This document shows, in pieces, positions 1 through 13,400 of a stretch of DNA of 64,000 nt. The notes beneath the pieces were generated by a model. The model was not told the DNA's origin. It ran no database searches and saw only the letters and a list, made by a program, of their open reading frames with translations. Every line of letters starts with the position of its first letter. The stretch's first letter is position 1. Source of the stretch: Marsupella aquatica (Eukaryota > Plantae > Marchantiophyta); the NCBI GenBank assembly GCA_973895155.1, contig OZ316898.1, positions 15,778,330 to 15,842,329 of the forward strand. The letters are read 5' to 3'. The position numbers were made by a program, and so were the translations under genes.

Positions 1-201
1 AGACTGGTATCACAATAAGTACATCAAATTGCCCACTGGCTAAGGAGGATGAAGATACATGCCTTTTCATTTCCTAAGTCTAAACTAAGTGAAATAAAAG
101 TCAACTTTGACTAAAAGGTAGTCAAGAAGTCAAAACTAGAATAAGCTAAGTAAAAAGTCTACAAGACAAAGTACTAATCTCATAGTGTAATAGAAGGGGG
201 G

Positions 202-1475
202 TCAACTACATAAAGGAAGGCAAGCTACAAAACCAAGGGCTATTTTTCCTTTAGCCTTCTGTCCCTTAAAATATTGTCGACGAAAAAGGTCCTCACGATA
301 ACGAATAAGTCGTGGCTCACTGGTCTTCCAAATGGGATGTCCATCTGGTGTGATCCAAACAAAGTAATCTGATGGCCATGGAATGTCTGGGACTGGAAGA
401 GAAAAAGGTGCAATGACCTTTCTACAATGATAAACGCAACTCCACAAGTCAGGGGTCTCAATCTCTGGCAGTCGCAGCTTGTCGATAGGAAGCCATAGAA
501 TACCATGAGAAACCAGAACTGTGTCATAGTATGTGGAAAAGGAAAAGACTCACATCCAAACATAGGTGGAGGTGAGGGAGGTGCAAGAGGAATGCGTGCG
601 TCAATGAGTGACGTGATCATCTTAGCAAACTCGGAGGGAAAAACAAAAAATGGCTCAATATTGGCAATAGAAGAGACAATAGGAGGCTGAGACATTAGGG
701 GTGTAGGAGCTACAAATGGTACACTGGGAGGCTCTATAGTCTTAGGCTCAGGCTCGGAAATAGGCTCGGGAATGGGTTCATTTTCTTCCCCGGTAGGAGA
801 AGGAAATGAAACGTCAGGGAGTGGGTACTAGTGAAGGGGGTAAAGGCTCAAGGGTAGGAGATGGAGGGTGCTCAGGTGGTAGATGTAGGAGGGATAGGTG
901 AATCAACAATGGGAGAAGGAATGAGATTGGGTAAAAGGGGTGTAGGTGTGGATGGAAGAGGGAGTGAAGGGTCAACAATAGGTACCTCCGGCTCATCTAC
1001 ATCCATAGGGTGGTTAGGCTACGATGAAGGTGCAGGGGGTGAAACATGAAGAAGTGGGGTGGAACAAGACTTGGAAATCAAGCACGAATACAGTCAAGTA
1101 ACTGCATAGGAGTACTACTCGAAAGTCTAGTGACCTCATCTACCAAATGCTGGTTGAAACCAGCCACACTAGCTCGTTGCTCGACATCACCAACAAAATC
1201 AGTCTACGATGTGTAAGAGATGGAAGCAACAAAAGAGGGCTCCAAAGTCATCCCTGGCAGGCCTGGTGCTGTCATCTGTTCCATTGGAGGGGGTCTCGGT
1301 GAAATTGTGGGCAATGGAGTCAACTCTCTTGCTAACTCTGGTTGAGGAAGCTCAAAGTGTCTCACTCTCCTCCTCCAATTGCTCAGCTCCACTAGTAACA
1401 AGTAGCCTCTCGAAAGTGAATGTACGCCAAGTAGGGTGTCAAATAGGTATCACTGGTAGTAGTCACGACAACCAC
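202..1475 (-). pseudogene. 3' part of a decayed TE accessory ORF, interrupted by the Mutator-like element (continues from 12818-13400)
   Basis: On the minus strand the frame reads ...WALALLEMIAKQVVV at 12818 and resumes VTTTSDTYLTPYLAYIHF at 1475 once the element and one TSD copy are removed. It is followed by Pro-rich ORF fragments (1204-1401, 814-996, 240-695, 202-447). Confidence 0.55.
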
Positions 1476-3343
1476 CGGGGTATTTACAAAAGACAGGAAC
1501 TAGGAAACAATAACAAGAAACAGTTACTGTTACCAGGAGAATTGGAGGTAAAAACCAAAAACATCGGACCAAAAAAAGGATTCCAAACAATCAAAATTAA
1601 AGCCCATTTGAGTCATTTTCATTAAAACCGTCTCATTCTGGAGGAAATATCCCGTCGGGTAGTTCGACCCAAATTTGCGACGATTACCAGCGCCCAGCGC
1701 TGGTATCAATGAAACAAATGGAAAGGTTGTAGGGTTTCATAGAAGAAGGAAAGAGTCAACAAAAATCCGAGAAGACAATGAGCGGCTGAAAACAAGGCAA
1801 TTCAAATCAACAGAGGCAGGGTCATACAACAACAAAATCCGGATGTCGTTGCTAGCTTAAACCTCAAAATCCCAAAATCCATGTTTAACGCCATCGAAAG
1901 GAAAACCAGACATTGGAGATTGAGCCGATCCAAAATTCATTTACTTCAAAAATGGGCGGAAACATATCACCGAGATTACATGGGCGAAGGAAAGCAATGA
2001 GTATAAGTAGCGCCCGACGCTAGCTTAGGTAACGCTATGGAGAGGAAAATGGGTCTATCCAAAAAGCATTTCCTATCAAAATGGGCGAAAACATATTACC
2101 CAGATTACCAAATCCTAACAAAACATTCAGTACTGAAAAACGGAGATGGAAAGCATGCAGCTTTAGCAGCGCTCGGCACTAGCTTAAATATCGCTGCCTA
2201 GAAACCTAATCGCCGTAGGGTTGCACTCCAAAATAACCTAAGCGCCTGCGATTGGAACACCTTTAGCTCTGTGATTGACAGTCATCATCGACTCCCGCCC
2301 TCGCCCGCTTGTAGTTTTTCTTGAATCCTAAACTCTTGAGCCGAATATAATTGGAAGAGGGAACTCGATGCTCAACATGAGCTTGGCCGGGGCCTGGAAA
2401 ATTTGCATCAAGGAAGTCGACGCGCCCCAATCGCTCTTGCACCCGACGTTCAATTGGTTGCTGACTATCAGCAGGAACGACTTGATGAAACAAGAACCGA
2501 TCGTCAAATTCGCGTGGAGTCTGTCGGTCACCAGTCCATGGAATATTTCTCTCCCCAGGACTAATTTCCTCGTCGTAAGGAAGAGAATTACGGTTCTGGA
2601 AAGTTGATGTCTCGGTCTCAGTGTCGACACAAACTGATTTGAAGGAGCTGAAGTGGCTCTCCACCGGTCAAACTCGGGAAGGACTGAAGAAGGCAAGCAT
2701 CTCGTCCAACGACATTGGTTCCTTCCTCTCCATGTGGTCGCACCAAGCTCGACAACGTCCACATGCAGGTCGAAAACGTCCACACCTTGCCTTAAGGTCC
2801 GCACCCAGCTCGACAATGTTTGCACCTTGCCCCAACGTTCTCACCTTGCCCTAATGTCTACACCTTTATCGACAATGTCCGCACCTTTATCGACCTCGTG
2901 TCTCCAAAAGGTTGACATAGTGACTACCAAAGGATGGTGATCGGTGGACACCCGTAACATCCGAGCTTCAACGGGCAGAGGACCGTTGAGTAAACAGTCA
3001 AATTGCGACACGATTATTTTGAAACAAACTCGACTTAATTACGTAATGACAATATACGGATGGCGACAGAATGCATGAACAATATTATGATGTAAAGGTT
3101 CGAGGAAAAATGTGCACATTTGGGGAGCGCCCGACACTACTAAAGGAAGAGACCAATTTAAACCTTTTATATAAGAAATACATGTATCTCGATAATAGCG
3201 CCCGGTGCTACTGAAGACAACAAGTGGTTTTTAGATTTTTATTATGAGCATATGAAATGAAATACATGTCTTTTCATAACAGCACCCGGCGCTAGTAAAA
3301 GCTGGAAAAGAAAATTACATCAATTATAGGTTTTTGATTGAGA

Positions 3344-6300
3344 TTATGATCCAGAGCTCTGTGATCTGTCGGTAGAGACTGCTTCATCATCGACATACTT
3401 GCTCATAGAAACGTCATCTACATACGGGTTTCTAACAAACTTTCTGTCAACTCCTCTACGAAGGCGGAGACTTTTGTTTTCCCAGCAAAGAGTCCTTTGA
3501 CTATCCTCCTTTCTCGCAACATTCTCAGCGTAAGACGGAAAAACAAATGGTTTCTCCGGTGTATCCATTTCAAAACGTGCAACTTTTCTTCTGAGTTGGA
3601 AGCGCTTTCTGGTATTCCATTCAGACCTGGGTAGATAACCAAGTAAGACAACCGATTGAAACATACAATCAATAGCACAAAATGCATGAAGGAGCTGGAA
3701 AAGAGAAAGAAGCTTACGAGTTTCAGAACATTACTCGGAAGAGTCATCGCTATCACTCTCGCCAGCAGATTGCTCCTTACCCCCCCCCATGAGTTGTCCC
3801 CCCGTCCACTTCATCTGCTGTCCCCCCACTTGACTCATATCGGAGTCAAAATTAAGTACAGACCGGAGCTTGTCCCTCTTTTTCTTTTCCGGTGGTTGAA
3901 TTGGGGGAGGCAAGGTTTCTACTTCCTTAGAAGAGAGTAGATTTAAGAACACCTTGGAACCAGTTTCAACGAAATCCTTCCGATTCTCCAGTCCAATTAC
4001 AAACCTCCCAGAATAGTCTCCGGCTACAAAAGAGCTACCCAAACCAACTGTCCAATCTATGAAAATGTCCCGAGGCCGAGTGATGAGCTCTATCACAGAC
4101 TGCATGAATCCAACCGACAAACGGGCATTCCCTACGAATTCCATCTCAGGTGTTGGATCTATATTGAGAGTGGGAAGCCCAATTAAATTAGTGATGGAGG
4201 GATCTTCTATAACAGACAGAGGTCTAAACCTCGAGTCCTTGGGTACTTTCCCTTTTTGAGATACTCGGCAAAAGACGTCTAGCCTGAGCGTGAATATCTG
4301 CGAGATAAACCAAGAATGATATGTCATTCCATGCATTCATACACATTCTTGAGTGTAAAAAACAGAGATCATGACTTGGAATTTACCTGTCGGTCAGTCT
4401 TCGGCGCGTACATAGGAACTGACATAACAACATTGTGTGTGGAGATGCAATGAAACTTCTTCGATTCCTGACATGCGGATATAACCTGAGACATAGGATC
4501 GTACTCCCCATTATGCAAAATTGCTAGCATTCCATCATCTGATAAAAATGGGTCCATTCCACAAAAGAATGATGTTGCCAGTGTGTGGTCGGGGGTATTC
4601 CATTTCGGGACTTTTCTATCTAGCAGCGATGGTTTCAGACCCGTAGGAAGGTAAATGAATCCTGCATGTACTCCAAACGATCTTTCCTTCCCTCCACGGA
4701 CAATTCCCTTGTCTCGATATCCCAACTTCATGAGGTCCTTTGCCCATTTCTCTACACCATTTACCCAGTCAGGCTTCTCCTCTTTGTTGAACGTTGTGTC
4801 ATAGAATTCTGAGATGCTAGACTCAACCATGCAATGCCTTGAAAGAGTGTTTTTGAAGTCACCAACTTCTCGTTGAACACCCGTTGCAGCCGCACTTTCC
4901 CGAGCGGAGGATGATCCACCTTCAATTGCCCTTTTTCGCTTCTTTCTAGTACTGACCGCATCTACTGGAGCAATTGACTTCCCTTTCTCGACGGGTGTAA
5001 GTGGATCAGATGGAGGCCCTGTATTGGCTTCAGATGCCTCTAGGGTGGCATCTATCTTTGTATCGCCATTGCCGATGGCGTCTGACTTTCTCCCTGCTCA
5101 AATGGAAGGTGATGTTAGATTTTGAGCGCATGGAAAATGCAAAGTATACTAACGCCCGACGCTGGCCAAACTTTCTCCAAGAGATGGAAGCAAATATATA
5201 TATTTGTGGAACAAATGGGACAAATGCAATCTAACATATATTGAATGGCATAGCAGCGCCAGGCGCTAACCAAAGAACTACAAATTATACTTACGTTTTT
5301 TCCCGGACATTGTTGATTCACTTGGGACAGCAGTATCAGATTTCCCTTTCGCGCGAGGCTTTCGGCTTCGGTTAACGTGAACAACTGTGGTCTCACAGTT
5401 CATTTGCAATTCTATTGTGGACTTATCTACATCATTCGCTAGTCCCTGCTTCATGTCAGAAACAATATTGACTGGTATCTGGGACTTAGAGAGCTTGTGG
5501 AAAGCATCCTTTTCTCGGTGATCAAAGGGCGAGTCCCATCTGTCTGTATCTAGGTACCATGGACAGTGGGTTCTCTCCCATTCACTTAAAGGTCTCGTTG
5601 GGAAAATTCCCTCCGCGGGGTACATAGAGTACAAATCAGATAAATTGTCACCTTCTGATATTACTGTCCACTTCTGAAAAGCGGCGGGATATGCCTAGAA
5701 GTAATCAGGTCTAGTTACTTCCATGTGGATGTAAAATCGGTAGAGGTACCTTTTTGCTCGCTTCTGGTTCTTCAAAGAGTAGTCCTCTTTGTCCGGATAC
5801 TTCGAAGGCCACATTGTATTAAAAAACTTACCCTTCATCGAGTCTCCGTATCTCTTGAAATCATTAGTAACTATATCAATGAGAGCTTCAAAAGATTCAC
5901 ATGCCCAGGCTTGCAAGCGATTCTCGAGAATGATTTGTTGGACCTCTCTCAAAGCACACTATAACATCCCCACTGCAATCCCCTCTACATTGTTCCACGT
6001 AATCCAGGTATGACACCACTATTTTACTGGATCATCATTGACGCTGTTCGGATGGAAGAATTGCCTTTGGAGCTCAGGATTGCAATGGGCGACAAGCAAA
6101 GTACTCCTGAGCTTGGGGTCGAGTGCGGAAACAGCAGTAAAAAGCCTGGCTCGGTCCATCGTACACAAGACGGTATCAGGTTTCTTCTCTCGCTTATTTC
6201 TCTCCGTCATAGGATACATTTCAGCACACGTAGATAGAAAGTCCTCAAATTTTGGACTTAACAAAGGAGTGATTTTTGATGTTTTCACTGCCCACTCCTT

Positions 6301-7589
6301 GGTGGCCTCCTTCATCATTACGACATGTCTTGTGGAAACCTCCTCGGCCGACCAAGGGGTACCTAGGGCCGCAGCAGACTCCATGTCAAGCTTGAACTGG
6401 TTAGAATATGATTTAATCTTATTCTCACATAGAATATAGACAAGAGCCTCTTGAGGCATCTTTTTTGTGTACCGGGATCCTTTCCGCGTCTTCAACCTGA
6501 TCTGCTCAAACTTCTTATAATTCGCAAGGTCGATGAGCTTACTATAGTACTCCAGGTCGTGAATCAAAATCCTCTTGATTCGATCTGCGTCAAGGATCCA
6601 TGACGGTTCAACCACGGCTTGTCCAAGCCTGAAGGAAAAGAAAGCAATTAGAAAAACATTTAAGCAGCGTCGGGCGCTCATAAAACAATTCCTCTCCAAG
6701 ATATGCTATAAAGAAGAACTTACTGGTTCACGGTGTGCATCGCTGCTTCAATTTCAATCAGGGAACCCTTGTCCCCATTGAAGACAGTACAGAGCACTCG
6801 CGGGTGGTATTTCAGGTTTTCTGGATTCTCCTTATTGACAAGCGTGCAGGAGTACAACCGATGGTTCCCGTATAAAACTGAGAACATCTTATCCTTTAGA
6901 ACGAGAAAATTGGTGTCTACCGCACATTCTTCCTCAAACTTTTCATTTTTGGATATCCATATTGGATCCCAAGTATCACGAATTTCCTTTGTGCAAGTGA
7001 GCGTCACACCCTCAGCGTCCGCCGGCTGAACATAAAACCTCATTCCTATCGACAAATTGTATCCCATACTACGAAAAGAGTCTTTCAACTTGTCAATGGA
7101 GGAGCTATCTTTCTGCAAAGTGTGGATGACCTCCATGTGCACCAACCGATACAGCGGAATCCTAGGAGGCTCTTTGTTAAACCCTCAAAAATCCTTCCCA
7201 AAGAACATGACATGTTTTGAAATAAGGTCGGTCTCCGAGAACGAGACATCTTCGATAGCAAATGTGTCAACATTCTCCATCTTTTTTCGCGTCAGCTTCG
7301 AAAACGAATTACTTGAGACGGGAACAAGCGATGCGCTTGACCTCGTCACTCGACGTGTATACACCGAACCTGAAAATGAAAACTCAAAAGACTCGCAATA
7401 GCCACGATCACGATCCCCAACAACACTATACCCCCTCGACGAGGAGGGGATTGCATCCATCGTCTCCCGCGACGAGTGTTGTACGAACGGTTGTACACTA
7501 CAATTCTCACGATCGAGTACTGAATCCCCATACCAAATTAACGGTTGATGGAGTATTATACCCGATTGATCAGTGCTATCTCCCTCCAT
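3344..7589 (-). pseudogene. ParB/Srx-like domain + beta-class N4/N6 DNA-methyltransferase-like fusion gene, copy 1 (5 exons, with premature stops)
   Basis: Introns at 6629-6723, 5094-5294, 4298-4386 and 3627-3734 are GT-AG and at the same positions as in copy 2. Motifs: FSVLYGNHRLY (ParB GxxR-like), GFIYLPTGL...FLSDDGMLAIL (motifs IV/VI-like), IELITRPRDIFIDWTVGLGSSFVA...GRFVIGLEN (motifs X/I/II-like). The start codon is uncertain. Confidence 0.8.
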
Positions 7590-8520
7590 GTAATCTATTT
7601 AAGAGACGTTACAATGAAATTGGGTATTACTTATCGTTAAAACAAAGCGACAATCTAAGAACTGTGACAAATATTAATGCAGAATCCGCTAAACTGTTTT
7701 CGTGACGATCACGCTAACCGTAGTTACCGTTAAATATTACCGTTGACCAAACTACTAAAACTTGGTAATGCATTGCTAGCGTCGGGCGCTAGTAAAATTT
7801 TACCCACATTGGTCATAAAGTTTAATGTGTTCAATAGATAGCGCCCGACGCTACCCATTCCGTGGTCTATTCAAGGTTATGTTTTTGGTCCCAGTTTATG
7901 TGAATTTTTTTGAAAATGAAGAACTTTAGGACGTAGGAAGTTTAATTTTGTTCACATTTGGTCCTTAAATATGGTGTACCAATACTAGCGCCCGGCGCTA
8001 GTACATATATCCCTGAATAGTGCTTAAATTTGTACGATATTGCATTTTTAGATACAAAAAGTAGACTTATTGGTGTCCACTGTAATGCTAGCGCCCGACG
8101 CTAGTCTGGTGTGTGCCTGAATTAAAACCTTATAAATCCTGGAATTTTTGGTAGCGCCAGGCGTTGCTGAAATCATGTGATTTATCTTGGCCTATATGTG
8201 TTCATTTTGACACAATAAATATCCCTGACACCCGCACTTACTGGGGAAAAAAGGACAAACTCTACATTTATGATTTCAACGGACACAATTCTATGTCGTA
8301 TTGAAATGACTTTTATAACGGTCAGTCGTGTTCACGCATTAGTATAAGCATTCCATTTGGGGGGAATTTGCTTTGTTGATTCCTTCATTTTCTCCACAAT
8401 GTCTCGCTTAAATTGTAATTACACGTGCTTGTACTGGAGACGTCGTCAAGATCCCCGTGCAAGTTTCTGATGCTTACAAGCAAGTTAGTGAAATCTACCT
8501 TTGTGGGAGATTTGATTTGA

Positions 8521-11500
8521 GGATGAATGATATTGAGTCCATTCTCCCACAGGAATCGACGAGTGGAGAACTTCAACGGGCTGCGGCATTCGATGTAGAT
8601 GAGGGAGTACGCTTTTGGCATATGCATGTCGGGCTTAGTTACACGCTTAATGTCAGACGTGTCGCTCCAGAACCAGCAGTTGGGAACATTCCTGTTGTTG
8701 TTGTTGACATATCTGACAGTGAAGATGCTGATGTTGCACCCACTCCTCCGTCGCAGTACAAAGTTCCGGATTCCGCTTTTGTTAAGGATGAGCCGGTGGC
8801 TACCTCCGGAGTTGGTCATAAAGTTTACCGGAGGAGTGCGATGGATGCCTTACTCAAGGCCACGGGACATAGTGAACTATCAAGATTTATCTCGGCAGGG
8901 GACTTCCGACATGAGCAAGTTCCTTGTTTGCCAGACAAGTACAATGGAAATGTTGTATTTGAATTGCCTCCCATTGAGGGAACGCTCTCCAAGGGATCTA
9001 GACTTTGTGACATGGACCGTGCCAAAGATTGTTACATTTGGACCCAAATTTTTCCGACAACTGCGAACGTGCATCCAAAGAAACATTGGGAATTTGGTAA
9101 GGTTACGTGTACCAGGTTCATCGAGTGCAGGAACAAGTCCTGTGAGTACTTTCAACGAAAGAAGAGATGCAATGCAAAGGCCTAGCATGGTGCTCCTAAA
9201 CTCAGTGGCCAGCATGTGGTGGGTTCGTTGATTGAAGAGGGTGGTGTAGTCTATCACTATTGTGCGCAGATTCCTTTCTGTGTGAAGTCTTGCCCTGCTC
9301 ACTTGTTTTATATGTACCCTCAAGTCCTTCTTGATACAGAGACCTGTAGTCACATGTCTCGGCTTGCAGTTCATATAGGTGAGCATAACCATCCGAGTAG
9401 GAAAGTTTTCTCGAGGAGCGCTGAGAAGATAGCTGAGGATTTGATAAGAAAAAATCATGAAGCCAATCCTCTAGCAAAGCCGGCTGGTATTTTGAATTCC
9501 GCAACCGGTTTGCTCATGAAAGCTCTTTGCAAAAACGTCGATGACATAGTAGATATTGAAGAAACGGAGATTTGGAAGTCTCTCATGGTATTGTCTACCC
9601 CCCAAAAATTTGCATCGCTTTGTCAAAGCGTTCGAATGGACCAGGCTGGTCGTGGTGAGTTAGATTTCCTAGCTCGGATGCAAAGGTCAAATAACATTTC
9701 TTTCCTCCAAAGGTACCTCCTGCCGGGTCAGGGTTGTGTAGCAGATAGGCCCCATATATATTCAAAATGACAGTCAAGGGTCATGGATCTATTGTAGATC
9801 TTCTCCGGCAGATGCAACCCGGGGGAAGATTGGAAGGAGCTTGGGTGAGTTTTGATGTGATGAAGCGAGTGACAACCGACTGGTTTACTTTCAGTGTACA
9901 CGTTTACGATCACAACTTCCGAGCTCTTTGTACAATCTTCACATACGAACTAAAAGTTGAAGACACAGAGTCCTTTGAGAAAGCGTGGAGAATTATGATT
10001 GAGGTTTGTAAGGAAACTGGGTTACAGGACGTTGTCATTCAAGGTTTTATGGCTGACAATGCTAAGGCTGGATGGATCGCCGTTCGCAATGTCTTTTTTG
10101 GAGGGCACCCAGACCCTGAACGTGAGCGCTCTGATGCATTTCACTTTTACCAGTCTTTCCATCGACACTCTACAGAAGGAGTTTTGGAGGGTAAGCAACC
10201 AGAACATCGGCAACTATGGTAGAAACTTCAGAATGCTCCAACGTTCATTGCAGCGTATCGAGTTTCGAGGGAGATCGTGTTGTGGTGGCAAGTGGGAAAT
10301 TGTGTCCCAGGAAAGCTGATGATGTTGCAGAGTTGGATATCTTGGTGGGTTGTTTGATGGCGTCAGTGGGGGAAGTTCATTTGTGTGGTAAGTTTTCCTG
10401 ATGCGTTTATTAGTCAAACCTCAGTGTGTTTATACTAGCACCAGGCGCTGCTTTGATTTTCGCTCAGAAAACCTTCAAACATTACAGAAAATGAAACTTG
10501 TATCGATAAACCTTCTTTTATTATCTCCTACTCATTGCTAGCGCCTGGCGCTGCTTATACAAAAGAAGTAAATTTGTCTGGACGGGTTTTATTGCAGAGC
10601 AAAAGCGCAGAAGAAGGTGCGCTCATTCCAAACTGTACCGGGTCAGAGTCAAGGCACGCCTCCATGAAAGCATGGGCTACCAAAAAATGGTGGGTCTCTT
10701 TGAAGCATGCAAAGTTGATCAAAATTGAGCTCTGTCACAAGTTGCGGGTTACAACGCATATCGGAAGGGACTCAATAGAGGGAAGGGGCCAACTATCTGG
10801 GAATTAGCCTTCCAATCCGCAGACCAATCTGGTTCACCCAAGTTATTTGAAGAAGCAACCAACATGATTCTTTCCAACGCTGCTGATTTGGATCTGGATA
10901 GGAGCTCTCCTCTGAATGGAGATATTGTCACAAAGTTGGTTAAGAGGAAGGGACTCGCAACTGGGATTGTCTCGCCACAAGACTCCCATCGGCATGACAC
11001 CATTCTCATCACTACACCAAATACTCGAGGGTTAAAACGGAAGAATCTCAACAACACTGCCTTCACTTCCTTTCCCGCAAATATAACAGATCCCATAGTC
11101 GACCTCGGCGGGAGCGACACTTCAACGAATGGAAGTGATTCCCTCGCGAACACCCCTGAAGCCAGAGGAACAAAAACATCATCGCAACCCCCACTCAGTG
11201 CTCCGGCTGTTCTTCAACGTTTGCCGACAGAGTCAACTCCTTTGGAAATGGACGTTCCTAGAGGGACCTAGCATTTGCGGCGGACGGCCAAATATGGGGC
11301 AGGGCCTCAGTGCAATGGGACTTTGCATGGAAATTCTGAGAGGGATGAGTGTCAAAATTGTGTCAAAAAAGTCGGGTTCCATTCGGCAGCAGGTGTTGTC
11401 GGCATTGTTTTCAGTGGACATTGCATTTTCAGAGGCACACCCATTGCAAAAATGATATGGTTCTGCCCAAACAAAACATGCTACAAGAGCCGCCCACGTC

Positions 11501-12118
11501 GTGGTGTTGAACGCCTTCCTCTTGTGCCGGATATCTTGCCAGTTGTGAAAGGGACCAACCTGTCACCTGCCAAGGTAGAGTTCCTTGAAGCACAGGGAGT
11601 CTCGATGGTCCAAATAGCTGCGACGTCTCGCGTTGCACCTGTTCCATTCGACTTGAGAATTAATGTAAACGCATTTCCTGAAAGAATCAATTTTGCCGAC
11701 CCCAACGTACGCCTTTGGACCAGGAATGGGAGAAACTCCAGACCTCGATCAAATCTAACTTTGGCTCACAGTACACGAATGGAGTCGGCTCGGAAAGAAG
11801 CTATGACTCTGGATGGCAAGTGGGATGTGGGTATTGGAATTGCATTTGGGAAGCAATTCAAAATCCGGACCCACGAGAACCTTTGATCCCCAAACACATA
11901 CTTTGTCCAAATTTGCGTCTTCCCAACCTGTTCCTATGAGGATTTCTTCCATCGTCATTCTTGCGGCAAGCCATATATGCCTTGTAAACATTTGTATTGG
12001 GTGTTTATAAATGTCTTCAAGTTTCATGTAGAGGAGTCTACCCTGTGTAGCCAGCCCATTTTCACAGTTGCGGAAGTCAGACTCATGCTGGATAGGCAGA
12101 ACGGGAATGGTTTGTAGA
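8521..12118 (+). pseudogene. Mutator-family transposase with GCM/WRKY-type DNA-binding domain, DDE core and C-terminal SWIM finger (decayed)
   Basis: CPAHLF...HIGEHNHP (WRKY/GCM-like); SFDVMKRV, GFMADNAKAGWIAVRNVF...AFH (MULE core); after a GT-AG intron (10388-10597) NCTGSESRH (third acidic residue); YFVQICVFPTCSY...PCKHLYWVF (SWIM, C>Y mutated). Several stops and frameshifts. Confidence 0.85.
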
Positions 12119-12817
12119 GTAACACGACATTCTAGAGACTGTCATTTTTGTAACGGATACTATGGTTTTTGTCTGTAGTCAACGGATATTACACTTGTTT
12201 TTTCTTGCTTTTGGTTAGCGCCTGGCGTTGGTTCTAAAACATTAATATTGTTAAATTTTGAATTTTATCTGGTTATTGTCATGTTGTTGTCCCTTAACTT
12301 AAACTTTTGTCCCTGTTAAAGCTTTGTTAGCGCCTGGCGCTAGTTTTCACTCTGTCCGGATCCAATATTGAAAATGCCAGAACCATTCTTTGCCGATCGG
12401 TTGTTTAAGCCTATAACTGGATTTAGGGTGGGTCCCACCATAAATTACTCCATCCCTGCATGGATTTTATTTTTCCTTCTCATAGGCCAAACTGCGCTTT
12501 TTGAACTGGACTGTTCTGAAATGATGTTGTATCTAAATAGCAGGGATATTCAATGACGACATTATTCATGTAGAACAGATGGACACTCGGTTTGGAATCT
12601 CTCTTTGCAGCTGTGACCACACCCTTGGCTTATATCTGACCGCCTCACATTTGGCACTAACAAACATTCAACTTGATGATGTGGTGGAAAATGACGTTAA
12701 TTTTTGGGGAACTTAGCCAAAAAGTACACTTTTACCATAAGACTTTCCCGTTACCAGTTAAGAGTTACCTGATAACAGGAATTCTGTTACCTGTTTCCTG
12801 TCACCGCTGTTATACCC

Positions 12818-13400
12818 ACAACCACTTGCTTGGCAATCATCTCCAAAAGAGCTAGGGCCCAATTGATCTTCCTCTTGCCGGTCCATGAAGCAATGATGGA
12901 GCTAGCCAAGTAATCCATAGCAATGGTAGGCTTGGTCGGATGAAAGATAGATACAAGGAATCGGAGTAAATGGGCTAACTCCCGGTTCATGCACTGGTCA
13001 ATCTTCCAACCAGACCTCTGGTTCCTGGTACCTCTAAAGTAGGGGACAATCAAGTCTTGTCCAACAGAAATCAATCTCTCTCCAATTTGGCTCAATGTAC
13101 TGGTACACCTTAGAAGCATTGGCGGCGGTGCAAACATAAGCTGAACCTCTAGTAGAGATCCAAAAAAATGCCAATTTGGGGTGGACAAAGAAAATCAGCA
13201 ATGATGGATCCATGCACCATATCCCATGGAATAAAAAGTAAACTTAAGAACTCACTCCCATCTCTACCACGTTACTAAGAAGTCTAAAGTAAGCCTTGGG
13301 ACCTGAAGGCAAGGTCACCCTAATGGTCTTACTAACTGGTAAGCTTCTAGGAGCCATAGCTTCAAGAAATCTGAGAAAACTTGAGAGCTCTTCTCTAAAA
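12818..13400 (-). pseudogene. 5' part of the TE accessory ORF interrupted by the MULE
   Basis: ORF 12787-13188 GWKIDQCMNRELAHLLRFL...KINWALALLEMIAKQV resembles the accessory ORFs at 30744-31238 and 38207-38482. Confidence 0.55.

Larger units (their letters stand above)
1688..12342. repeat. Dispersed 15-bp palindrome TAGCGCC-N-GGCGCTA (at least 18 degenerate copies in element 1)
   Basis: Copies start at about 1688, 2008, 2167, 3125, 3196, 3280, 5150, 5254, 6665, 7777, 7839, 7986, 8089, 8152, 10436, 10539, 12216 and 12328. All are intergenic or intronic. Confidence 0.92.
1477..12817 (+). mobile_element. Mutator-like (MULE) DNA transposon, ~11.3 kb, with transposase and a ParB-like/MTase-like cargo gene
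   Basis: Left end GGGGTATTTACAAAAGACAGGAAC...; right end (reverse complement) GGGTATAACAGCGGTGACAGGAAACAG.... Flanked by the direct repeat ACAACCAC (1468-1475 and 12818-12825; one extra C at 1476). The interrupted flanking ORF rejoins in frame. Confidence 0.85.

Noticed and set aside
3344-7589. Bacterial contamination as the source of the ParB-MTase gene
   Set aside because: It has conserved spliceosomal introns and is embedded among plant TEs with TSDs.
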